Source of the DNA: Lingula anatina
Lineage: Eukaryota > Animalia > Brachiopoda
NCBI GenBank assembly: GCA_051362555.1
Contig: CM120645.1
Coordinates: forward strand, 21,328,001 to 21,392,000
Length of the DNA stretch: 64,000 bases
Direction: 5' to 3'
Shown here: positions 38,801-50,103 of the stretch, one piece after another
How the letters are laid out: every line of letters begins with the position of its first letter
Numbering within the stretch: the first letter of the stretch is position 1
The notes under the pieces: model-generated
Databases searched by the model: none
What the model saw: the letters and a program-made list of their open reading frames with translations, nothing else
What the model was told of the DNA's origin: nothing
Made by a program: the position numbers and the translations under genes

Positions 38801-39478
38801 GGCGGCGGTCCAGACGGCGGCCACGAACACGGCCCAGGCGGCGGTCCAGACGGCGGCCACGATCACGGCCCACATCGCAGCCCACACCGCAGCCCACACC
38901 GCAGCCCACATCGCAGCCCACACCGCAGCCCAGCCCGAAGCCCACACCGCAGCCCAGCCCGAAGCCCACACCGCAGCCCAGCCCGAAGCCCACACCGCAG
39001 CCCAGCCCGAAGCCCACACCGCAGCCCAGCCCGAAGCCCACACCGCAGCCCAGCCCGAAGCCCACACCGCAGCCCAGCCCGAAGCCCACACCGCAGCCCA
39101 CACCGAAGCCCATCCGGCGCTCACGACCACGGTCCATCAGGCGGTAACGGAACGCACACTCACGGCCCGCACCGCAGCCCGCACCGCAGTCCACACCGCA
39201 GCCCGCACCGCAGTCCCAATTACGAACACACCCACTTTCACGTCCACCTCCCGGGAGGCGGGGTCCAGATGGTGGCTCCTCCATTCAACACTGGTGGCGG
39301 ATGGGAATCTCACTTGCACGAAACCCCTGACGCCTTGACTCCAAGAACGCCACATTCTCACCGTTCTCATCATTCCCACCACTCTCACGGCTCACCTCAC
39401 TCGCATGGCCACGCGACCACCCCATCACACCGCAGTAAAGGCAAGAAACACACAAAGCCTAAACGCCGACGTTACTGA
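32888..39478 (+). CDS. Secreted mosaic protein, paralog A (~1097 aa): SP, PAN/apple-like with Pro/Thr insert and furin sites, two Cys modules, TSP1, VWA, TSP1, SUEL-like lectin, His/Gly/Pro and (PHRS)n tail
   Basis: 15 coding exons in frame (3294 nt): 32888-32942, 33255-33391, 33597-34242, 34478-34653, 34899-35065, 35346-35464, 35657-35727, 35927-35987, 36163-36445, 36657-36771, 36936-37134, 37530-37685, 37867-37952, 38230-38413, 38640-39478. Motifs: [19 protein letters not shown]; [17 protein letters not shown] (VWA); [22 protein letters not shown] and [17 protein letters not shown] (TSP1); [11 protein letters not shown]...YPC...LNVLYEC (SUEL-like). Exon structure mirrored in paralog B. Confidence 0.88.
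33640..34000 (+). repeat. Coding (PTTTTT)n low-complexity repeat ending in poly-Pro
   Basis: ORF 33609..34343. Confidence 0.9.
38690..39220 (+). repeat. Coding repeats: 36-bp [12 protein letters not shown] units, then 12/24-bp PHRS/PARS units
   Basis: ORF 38606..39478 is the frame continuous with the upstream splice acceptor at 38640. Confidence 0.9.
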
Positions 39479-40399
39479 AAAGATCGCTTAAACACGAACT
39501 GAGTCCAACAGTAGTGCCGACCTGTTACTGGAGATATTCTTGTAACAGCTTTTTTATATTTGAATATTTAAGTGCTTTTTATGAACTGTTTTTATACGTC
39601 ACAAGTTCTGCGAACTTTTAGACGTTCTTTTAGATGGCACATTCCAGCTACCGTAGTTTTAGTTTTTTTTTAAAGATATCGACTTTTACAGCATTTTTAT
39701 AAGTAAAACATTTTGCAGCGCGTGTAAGAGAAAAGCGTTGCTTGTAAGCAGCTTATTTGTTTACAACTAGACCCATTTAATGCTCATGAGCTTCGACGAC
39801 AATCGTCTTTTTCTCGGTTTCATTCGTTTCTTGTAGCGCTTTTGCAAGCCTGAATAAATCGTGAAACTTTTTATTTTCGTTGATTCCTTCAATATTTTAT
39901 TCAGTAGATGCTGAATAATATTTTTAAGGGAGGGGAGGTGGTACACTTATAAATGTGGAATCCTTGACATTTTTAATATCTCTGTCGATAAATGTTAAGG
40001 TATCATCGCCATAAAGATATCGGCATCGTAAACAAATACTTGCCACTTAAATACTGACCCTAACGTAGGAAACGTGTATCGTTTTACTCCTATTCACTTT
40101 TAAAAGTATACGTGCATTTGAAGTTTACTTATTCTAATTTTCAAGTCCTTCATTCTAGATTTTAAGTCCTTCATTCTGGATGAAATGAAATCCCCAAATT
40201 TGGACGAATAATAAGTGTTAATTGTACTGTTTTATGTGCTTTGGTACTAGTCTCGTCCCTACACTAAGGTAAACGCAATGTTTAGCCAATTCCGAGAGAT
40301 AAATGTCTTGATTCAAGAAACCCACAATATTACAGGGGAATTGATTCACTACAAGCACCATTTGAAAAGTACTTACATCAGAAAATTTAATCGAGGGAT

Positions 40400-40760
40400 T
40401 TACAAGAAAGTAATTTTATTGGCAGATAAAAAAATTAGTTCAGGCCAAAGCGCTCATGCCTGGACCACATTTAACAAGCATAATTAGAAATAAAAAGAAT
40501 AAAGGGCTTGGTACAAACTGTTGTTTCACAGACCTATACAAAAGCTTTTGATTTAACTAATCGGGATTTACTTATGTATACAATGATTAAAACAGACATA
40601 AATGGAAAAAAATGTATCGGGTTATTAGTCGCTTATTTTGTAGTACAGAATAATGTGTATCTTTAATTTCAAAGCTGACACCATGGTTCACCACCACCAG
40701 TGGAGTTAGAAAAAGGGAAAGCCTATCACCTACACTAATTGCAATCTACGGTTTGATCTT
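40400..40760 (+). mobile_element. Degenerate non-LTR retrotransposon (LINE) reverse-transcriptase fragment
   Basis: Frameshifted translation gives SCLDHI, CFTDLY-KAFDLTNRDLL, PWFTTTSGVRKRESLSPTLIAIY, matching LINE RT motifs FxDxxKAFD and GVRQGxxLSPxLF. Confidence 0.7.
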
Positions 40761-41046
40761 TGAGCTAAATTAACATGAAAAAACAGTATCAAGAGAAATG
40801 TAAGTTAGAACCTATCTGGTCATCTAAAAGCCCCGTTTACACTGGACGTCGTCCTTTCTGGACGAATAATAAGTGCTAGTAGAACTGTTCAATGTGTGTT
40901 TTGGTACTGGTCTAAATAAATGCGTACCAAACATAAACAAGACCAAGCATAAAGAGCACGAGGCAAATTTAGTATAGATATGAAGTAAACTCAAATCCGA
41001 ATGATAAATGTCTTGATTCAAGAAACCCACATTATTACAGGGGAAT

Positions 41047-41048
<2 letters not shown>

Positions 41049-41112
<64 letters not shown>
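41049..41112. repeat. (TA)n microsatellite
   Basis: Direct reading. Confidence 0.95.
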
Positions 41113-41119
<7 letters not shown>

Positions 41120-42110
41120 ATTGACTATAATAAATTGAAATGAAAATAAATGAAAATAAATTGGGGTTTATCAAAGGGTATATTTTCAGAATATGTCGGC
41201 CAGTATCAGACTATACTACAAGGGCATTTGGTTTAATTATAGCAAACACTAAAAATGTTAATCAGATTTCACATATCAGAAATTATTTAACCCCAATAGA
41301 TTTAGATTTAGATCTATCCAGAGATTTAGATTTAGATCGACCTAACTCCCTGGGGGTTCACGCTAAATTGTAGTCCGCCGAGCGCGCACCATATTTAATT
41401 ACCCCCTTACAGCTTTTAGTAGGCGGGACAGACGCCTAAGCCGGCTAAGCTGACAGTTATCAAGTGACACTCCCCACAGGGATAGGTCGATCTAAAATCT
41501 ATGGGAATGGGGTCTAAGTGTATGGATCTGGAGTTTGGGGATTCTTGGACACTGAATGTGAGAAAGTGACGTGGTAAGCATATAGGTATTACACAGGGGT
41601 TCATCGCTTTGCTACAAAATTGTCTCACAGGTGAATCACCCGAGTACCAATGAAGTTTGGTAGATGGTTAAACATGTTAAGATTTTGAAATAATTTGGCA
41701 ATCCCTCAAAAAACAGGCAAGTAAAAGAAATATTTCTTGAAGATTGTAAATTTAAAAAAATTATAAACTGGTGCTATGAGAGTAAGAAGAAGTGAGAGGA
41801 ATGTGCACATTTCGTGATATGGATAATAATTTCTGAACCGGCCAATCATTAGATAAAAATTCTTTATCAACTTGGACATTGCATCAGTTATAAGGTTCTG
41901 AAGGTTTATATAAACTAGCTGAATTCTTAAAAATAATTTTTTGGTAAAAATCTATATCCGGGGTTTTCATCACCTTTTAATTTACGATATTTCCAATTTA
42001 AAATGGACAAAAAGTGGATGTCTATTCCACCTAAAAGTTTTGCCGACTTCAGTGCCCTCTTTCAACTTCACGGCCCTTTGGCTTTATATGTTAAACCGTC
42101 ATACATATGT

Positions 42111-42650
42111 CAGAGGCGGATCCAGGATTATAAGGGGGGGGGGGGAGGGGTCCGCGGATGCGAAGCCGACCCCCACCCCCCTTGGCGTAGGGTCTGAGGC
42201 CCGCTGAAGGGCCCCGAATTGGTATTTTAGAGGGCAAACGGTGCCATTGGTAGAGTTTAGAAGTAGCATAATTCAGCTAGTCAAAATTATAATTTCCTAG
42301 AGGGGACCATTGGTGTGATTTTTTCAGAAATCGAAGGGGATTGGGGGGCAGCCCCCCCCAAAAAAAATAAATAAATAAAAAATGACACTGTATGTCTATC
42401 ATAACAAAATGCCAAATCACATAAAGGTTGCTGCGAAAAAAGACAAAAAAAATAAATAAATGAATAAAAAAACAGGCTTGTAGTGTCTTGCCGACTTGCC
42501 AATTTTGAGCAAACATCTCAGTCTGATGACACGTCATCAATGACCCAAATGTTGAAACTCCCTTCCTCTTAATAATGCATAGGGAGATGCAGGGGCGGAT
42601 CTTGGATTATTTGAAGGGGGGTCCGCGGATGCAAAGCCGACCTCCCTCCC

Positions 42651-42681
<31 letters not shown>

Positions 42682-42860
42682 ACACACACACAGACTTAGC
42701 CTGGGGTTAGGGGCCCGCTGAAGGCCCCCGAAAGCTTTGGAATTTTAGAGGGCTTACGGTGCTATTTAGTACAGTTTAGAACTATGATTCAGCTAGTCAA
42801 AATTCTTATTTCGAAGGAGGAGTCAGCCCCCCCTGACCCCCCTCTAAATCCTCCAATGGA
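42111..42860 (+). repeat. Two adjacent copies of a GC-rich interspersed element (CAGRGGCGGATC...; ~42111-42360 and ~42590-42860)
   Basis: Shared blocks GTCCGCGGATGC.AAGCCGACC, GGCCCGCTGAAGG, TTTTAGAGGGC, ATTCAGCTAGTCAAAATT. Confidence 0.65.
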
Positions 42861-43189
42861 GAAACCATCTGTTCATAACTGGGCCAAAGTATCACCTTGC
42901 CGAACAACCAAGGCCAAGGTGTACTGCAAAAACTATCATGATTGTGTCGCCCCATTTTGTTGAGAAGGGATGATTGTGAAATAAAGGTATCAAAATGTTG
43001 AAGAATTTTTTCACTAAAACTCTGTTTCGCTTCATTATTTTCGTTTACCTGGTGACACTCCTTCCAGTGAGAAAAAAAACTCAATTACAAGATGTCAATA
43101 TGCTCATAACATCTCCGTCACAGTCAACCTTTATCCCCTGTCTCTGGTAATGGACCCATCTCTCTCTGACAGAAGTTACAAACGACAGG

Positions 43190-43227
43190 TATATAAGGTG
43201 AGGCTTCGCACAATTCTGTACTCAGTT
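43190..43227 (+). promoter_or_regulatory. TATA box plus initiator of paralog B
   Basis: AACGACAGGTATATAAGG identical to paralog A; TCAGTT 32 nt downstream; upstream TAATGGACCCATC also shared. Confidence 0.75.
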
Positions 43228-43461
43228 CAGATTTTTCCAGCAGTTTCTCTATCGCAAGTTGGACGCAGGACAGTTTAGGGGGTAAGTTGAGCTTGGAGAG
43301 GAACTGGTCTTCTTATTATCTCATGTTGTATCCAGGTTATTTATTCGAGCATTTCTTGAGAATTTTGAGAAAGGTGGGTTTTTTTTCTTCAACCTTTAAT
43401 CCTGCTTGTATTCACTTTTCTATTTTTAATTTACAGCAAATTCACTGTTGGCGTCACAGTA

Positions 43462-46400
43462 ATGGGGACAAACCAAGTGATCTTGTTGATCTGTTTGACT
43501 GTCGCTTATGTCTCTGGTAAGTCGGGATTTTATCAATTTTAAGACTTTTCCCGTGTGTTTTATAGCAAAGAGCGACTGTCCAGTATCTGCAGCGTGTATT
43601 TGGCATTTTTCTGTTGTTCTTCGTCCACGCTTATGTCAGTCTGGTCTTCACTGATAGGCCTTGGTCATAATTTCGTCACGACAAACACAGAATTACTCTA
43701 TACAGAAGTCTGCTGTTTGATGACGCACGAAACTGTTTTTGTGAAAAATCTCCAAGGGCAGAACTAGAAAAATATCTGGTGATTAAATATTCAAGGACCA
43801 TGGTACCGGGCAACACAGAATAAAAGCGGACAGATCCGATGTGCTTATAGCATAAACATTACCAATTTCAGTATCCTACTGATAGAAGTATTTAGATTTG
43901 ATCGCATATTTTTCTTAGAAATATGGTAAAAACCAATTTCTTATGTATAGTATGCGCTCTACTTATTTCAGGCACGCAGTATCCATATTACGATTACACA
44001 AGATGGCCGGACCACTTGACTGTGCCAGACGAGTCGCCTGACGGAGTCGACATTTTTGATTTCGGTAGCATAAAATCAGAAGAGGAATGTGCGTTGCAGT
44101 GTAGCGGGGTAAGCAGGATAGACGTTCTGCATATTTTGCATGTTTCGTGTATGTCATCTTTAAAGATAGCGCAAGTATCATTGCCTAGCTTGGATGTCCA
44201 TTGTCCTCGTCCAAATGCATTGCTCTGTTCATTTAAACGGACTCTGTAGGTTTGCAAGTGATGCTTAAATCGTAAAATTTTAGGAGCCGGGTTGTATGGC
44301 CTATACATTCATAAAGAAGATACCTGTTCCACCAACTACTCCCACAACAACTACTACCACGCCCACGACGACGACCACGCCTACCACTACTACCACGCCC
44401 ACGACGACGACCACGCCCACCACCACTACCACCACGCCCACGACGACGACCACACCACCGCTAAAAACACCACCGCCAAAAACAACACCGCCGCCAACAC
44501 TACCACCAACACCGCCGCCAACATCACCTTCAACAACCCCGCCAGGACTACCTGACCTCGGTGGAGACGAGGGTATTTTAAGACGTCGCAAAAGGAACAT
44601 CGATGATCACCTCCATTTACATCGACAAAAGCGTGATGGTCATAAGAAGGGGAAACCCCAATTTTCCTGTGTCGGTAGAAGTGACAGAGGGGCGATAATG
44701 GAGGAAAAATATCGCACTAAGGAACCTGGTTATTTGAGTGTTGAATACCACAGCGGAGTAAAAGGAGAGAAAAATGGAGCGATTGGTAAGTTTCTGAAAG
44801 CCGGTGTTTTAGATAAGGCCCCTTAATGTTTCAGTCTCAATCACTTAGGTTTTAAGATAAATGTTTTCGATAAAGCTCATTCCTCAGTGTTTTTGTTTGA
44901 TTGATAATGATATATAAACTTGTCACATCTACGTCTCCAGTTGTCACCGAATACCGAATGTCAAAGTGTCTTATTTTTACATCCTCCCCCCCCCCTCCGA
45001 ATTGATGTATGAACCAATAAATAATTGGCTTTTTATACAATATATATTGTCTCCAGTTGTCACGGAAAACACTGAATGTCCAAACGGTTGGGTTCCCATA
45101 CAATGTGACTGCATCAACAGAGATACTTCATTTGCCTGTGTGCCGAGGTTGTACCGTGATAACGACGGCAATACAGGGAAACTGAAGTGCGTAGCTGAAC
45201 CTACGATTGATGGGGCGGTTAGTGATGATGTGATTGTGAGCATACGTTTGAAGCAAAATTTCATTGAAGTTCTTTGCATAAGAACCTTTTTACCAAGTTA
45301 TAAAGAAAAGAAAAAAAAGTGTAGAGGCGGTGTCCAAAAGTAGTATTTTCTATATCCATAATACTTTACTGCCACAGCAACATTTTCGGCGTGTTTGATT
45401 TTTCAAGATATTTCCAGTCATGTTAGGAGAGCAGAATATACACAAAACCAGCGACATCTATCGATCTGAACGCGAATTTTTTTTTTCGTTGCAGTCTGTG
45501 CTCACTTGTGTGGACGCCACAGTTGCTGAGATACGCTACAACGAAGTGACCCCTGACCCAGATGCTTCTACCCCCGACTCCCTTCGACCAGTGGTCTCAT
45601 GTCCTGACGGCATGGTGGCTCCGGAGATGATAGGGTGTACCATATTTACCAATGAAACTGAGTAAGTGTCTTAGTTTCACCGTCAAAATTAAATTGTCTT
45701 GAAATGTAAAAAAAAAAATTAATACAAAGTTGTACATGTTCTTTAAATTACTTGGATGGGTGAATTTTTATCGCTTACCCTCAACTTTTTACCTGCAGCT
45801 CGGCTAACCAGATCTTAACGTCGTGTAATTAATATATTTGTCCTGCGCCTGTTTTCATCAGACTATTTGGAAAAGGGCAATTCATTGATTTCTTTATTCC
45901 CACAGTCCTTCTGAAAAGGGCAATTCATTGATTTCTTTATTCCCACAGTCCTTCTGTTGGTGCTCCAAGACCTCTGATAGATGTTGAAGCCGGAACATGC
46001 ACCCCAGATAGGAACGTCACCGCAACCTCTGGAACAGACGTAGAAATAGTTGTCACTTGTAGAGAAAGTAAGTGGGTTTTGACTAACAGTGAAGTCAATA
46101 GTTTAAACATTATATAACATCAAGAATGATTTAATCTACAAGTAAGCATGTCTACTTAATTACAGTAAACAGTGCACAGACATAAATAAAGTGCAAAGAT
46201 AATAAAACACTATTTAATTAATAAGATCAATGCAAATAATATAAATCACTGCTTTTAGATGTTTTCCCGTGGGGAAAGTGGTCGGAGTGTGACGAAAATA
46301 ACCGAAGAACTCGTAGAAGATTCTATAGTGTAAGTATTCAGTCAAAACATTTCCAGATCCAGGTGTGAAGTTCTATATTAGGAGAGACTGGGGCTAGTTG

Positions 46401-49400
46401 GACCCCGGGGTAAGTTGCCCCCCCTTCAATTTACGAAAAAGTAACTATGGGGTAAAAGAATTGATCACATCATTTTGTAAAATGATCGTGTCCAATAGTA
46501 CAAAGAAAGCGTCAGCAGTGAGTCCAAATGAAATAATTTAAAATCTTAAAGTAACTTTATTAAAAATACTTGATTGGGGGCCAACTTACCCCGGGGTCCA
46601 ACTAGTCCCGAGGTCCACTTAGCCCCGGTCTCCCCTATCGCTAAAAATTCAAAGAAAATCGACAGCATGTAATAATAATCATAAATATATTTCAAACGGT
46701 TCGTTATATGTGCAGTATAAATACTAATCCTTTGTTTTCTAGGCTGGTAGCTGCGCTGGTAGAGGCGTTTTTGACACACAGGAAGAAACTGGTCTTTGCA
46801 ATCGTAAGTACGGTATATTACGTTCAAATTAAATGTCGATTATTTACACAGGTTCCTGTCCACAGTACCCACACAATTTCAGGTTTTTAATACATAACAA
46901 TCGATTAATTTTGATGTGGCTACCAAGAAAATTTGTTCTAACCAGGTGTCATTTCTTGTTTTAGTGGGACCTGTGGGCGACAGCGACATCGTTTTCGTCA
47001 TCGATGGATCTGAAGGCGTCGGGCAATCCAATTTCCGTCTGGAGCTGGAGTTTTTGAAGCGAATCATGCAAGCTTTTACTGTCGGAGAAAACCACACCAG
47101 ATTTGGTGTAATCCAGGTTTCCGGTAAATCCAAGATAGAAATTTATTTGAACGACACATTTGACATCAACAGGCTGATGCAGTTGGTGGATGGATTGAGT
47201 TATATGGGAGGAGATAGAGACACACATAATGCTTTAGTGCTGCTTAAGTAAGTATAGTTTTTACTGTAAGTCACAAAATTAAACTTGACCAGTCACTTCT
47301 AACCACCCGAGATCAAAACGGATATTAACATCTTTGATCTTTGTATTTAATATTAAAAATCATATTTTGTATACATGCTTAAATACTACTCAGCGTAGAT
47401 TAGGGAGCCAGCAAATGTCAAATAATGTACACATTAAGTGGTCAATAAACATTATGATCATTATTATTTTTAACCTTCCTTTACGTCAAATCTCAATTCA
47501 CGACAAGAAAACATTTTTAATACAGCGACACCATCTACAACGAAGATGAAGGTGGTCGCCCATGGACTCCAAACCTTGCAGTCTACATTAGTTTTGGCAA
47601 GTCGACGAACCCTAAAAAAACCATCTCTGAGGCAAATGGGGTAAGTTTACCCTCAGAGTTATGAAATTGATTTTCGGCGCCTTTTTAATTGTGTACAAAT
47701 TGACATGATTTGCTCAATAGACATTGCAATGTCTTGTATGAGATAATTTTTTGAAAGATTTCTTCATAAAGATTGATGAACTGAGATATTGAAATCGCAC
47801 GGTAACATAGTTAAAATGAAAATCGTCAAAATGGCTGACGTAGTTTTTAGTTATTTACATAAATTTACTTGGTCGTTTTTGTACTTGCAGACTCACGATG
47901 CCGGCATTCTGTGGGCCAAAGGAATCGGCGTTGGACCAGCTTTTAATGCCTCGGATGCGGTAGAGGAAGTGCAGGGCATTGTTTTGCCACCAAATGACGT
48001 CTACGTGGACATTGCCGACCTGAACCTTGCTTTGGTCGAGTGTGTGGCTGGCAATTTGACCAAATTAGGCGACCCTGATAGTGAACCCGGTATGTTTTTT
48101 TATATGCGATTTTCTCTGCGATTTTCTGATTTTTTGACAATAGTGTTCACTCATGTTCTGTAGGTCCAGACTCTTATTTCTACTTTTTATTTCAAGGCAT
48201 CGAGAGACCAGTTTTCATGAACTGGTCGAAATGACTTCAGATTTCGTATTCTACTGTCAAACATGATGCAACTTTTACGTGAACCCAATATGCTATAAGG
48301 CACTACTTGGTCCTATTATGAGCATGATATCACTTTTACATTAATTACCCTCCACATGGAATATGGATAGTATTTTTAAGTCTATAACTATTTTTGATGC
48401 ACATTAAGACATCCGTACGTTAAATTATTATTCAGGCCTTCCCTATACCGTGTGGACTGCGTGGACTAATTGTTCTGTGCCCTGTGGAGGCGGTGAACGA
48501 AGGAGGACTCGTCGATGTTTGAATCCGCAGAAGTGCTCCAATGGTGTGGGAACTGTAGAGACGAGGCCCTGCAATGGCCACTGTTGCTATGGTATGTACT
48601 TTAAAATGATCCCGGTTGAGTGTCAGGATTAAAAATAATCTGATAAATTGTGACCCTAAATCATATTTGTGACGAATGTCGGTTAATTATCTGGTCTTGA
48701 TTATCTCAATACCATATGCATTAGTTAGTTTCCTTTTTTCTTCCTGTCGGTTGTTTTGGTGATTGTATACAATTCAAAAATTAAAAAGCTAGCTCGACAC
48801 CGTGATAATGTTACACTTCTATTTAACTTCTATTTTTTATATTTCATTGACTTCAATCCTGTTTTTATTTACAGCTACGAGGCATCACGTACACTTCGAC
48901 TGCTCTAAGCCCGGGACACTTTTTATCTCCTGCCACAACGACTTTGACAGTCTCTTAAGGGTAAGTTTCATGTGATTTTGACCCAAGTTTCAACCGACCG
49001 TAATTATTTCGGCTCCTTCTTTTCCATCCACTCTGAGTTAACTGCATGCATTTTATGCGTCATTAGTTTTAGTCATTTAACCTAGTCTTTTCTTAGCTCT
49101 GTTTAGCTGTGATAATATATCATCTTTAATGCCCAAGAATATTACTGGATAATTTAGATATTACGGGGATAATTTATCCTAAAAATTTATCTATTGAAAA
49201 AAGTTTATTTCGTTACCACCGAAATCTAGTTTGTCTCCAAAGTACTAACCCTAGTACTTTCTGAAATTTTACCATAATAATTTTTATACCTCGTATTTCT
49301 ATTCTGAGATGAGTTTGTATCACCATTTTACAATTCCAGATTCACAGAGTAGTCAACTGCTACAATGATACAAATTGTCAAGATTTTGACGGCATCAGGT

Positions 49401-50103
49401 CTTCTCTGACAAATAAATGTGACAATGAAGACAAATGTGCTACTATCTATCCATGTGGACTGAAGAACCCCCCTTCGGTCGTTCTAAATGTTCTTTACGA
49501 GTGCTGTTATAACCCGTTTGTTGGTAAGTTCATCTCAACTTGACTGTTCATTGTCAAAATTCAAAGACCTCAGTAAAATCTCTGAACGTTTCAAACATTG
49601 TCTAATCTGTCCGAATAACATTGATTATGACACGTGTATATTTGTCGATGGTCGGTAAAAGGTGGACGGCGACAATTCCAAAGCATATGCCATTTGTAAC
49701 ATTGCATCTTGTTTTTCCAGTGGGCCACACTCATCCTCACAACCACGGCCCTGAGGGAGACCATCACGGCCCTGATAATGGCGCTCACGGACCACATCGC
49801 AGCCCACATCGCAGTCCTCACCGTAGTCCTCACCGCAGTCCTCACCGCAGTCCTCACCGTAGTCCACACCGCAGCCCTCACACTCACCTCCACTTCCACA
49901 GCCCTGGATCTCCAAATGCTCCTCTACCAAACACTGCCGGCGGATGGGAATCTCACTTGCACGAAACCCCTGATGCTTTGACTCCACGATCGCCACATTC
50001 CCACCGTTCACACCATTCTCATCATTCTCACGGCCACGCCCCTTCCCCTGCTCACCGCACTAAAGGCGGGAAACACACGAAGCCAAAACGCCGCCGTTAC
50101 TAA
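43462..50103 (+). CDS. Secreted mosaic protein, paralog B (~898 aa), same architecture as A with shorter Pro/Thr and His-rich tracts
   Basis: 15 coding exons in frame (2697 nt): 43462-43516, 43972-44108, 44284-44785, 45057-45235, 45495-45661, 45949-46067, 46259-46329, 46743-46803, 46965-47247, 47526-47640, 47891-48089, 48436-48591, 48875-48960, 49340-49523, 49721-50103; 12 of 15 exon lengths identical to paralog A. Confidence 0.88.
46379..46637. mobile_element. MITE inserted in a paralog-B intron, absent from paralog A
   Basis: TAGGAGAGACTGGGGCTAGTTGGACCCCGGGGTAAGTTG ... CAACTTACCCCGGGGTCCAACTAG...TAGCCCCGGTCTCCCCTA inverted ends. Confidence 0.75.

Noticed and set aside
38558-39388. Overlapping ORFs ([25 protein letters not shown] repeats)
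   Set aside because: Stop-free by virtue of GC-rich 12/24/36-bp repeats; only the His-rich frame fits the acceptor at 38640 and keeps the C-terminus shared with paralog B.
40824-41174. ORFs with (IY)n runs, also at 58167-58510
   Set aside because: Translation of (TA)n microsatellites; only 58333-58438 is a real exon.
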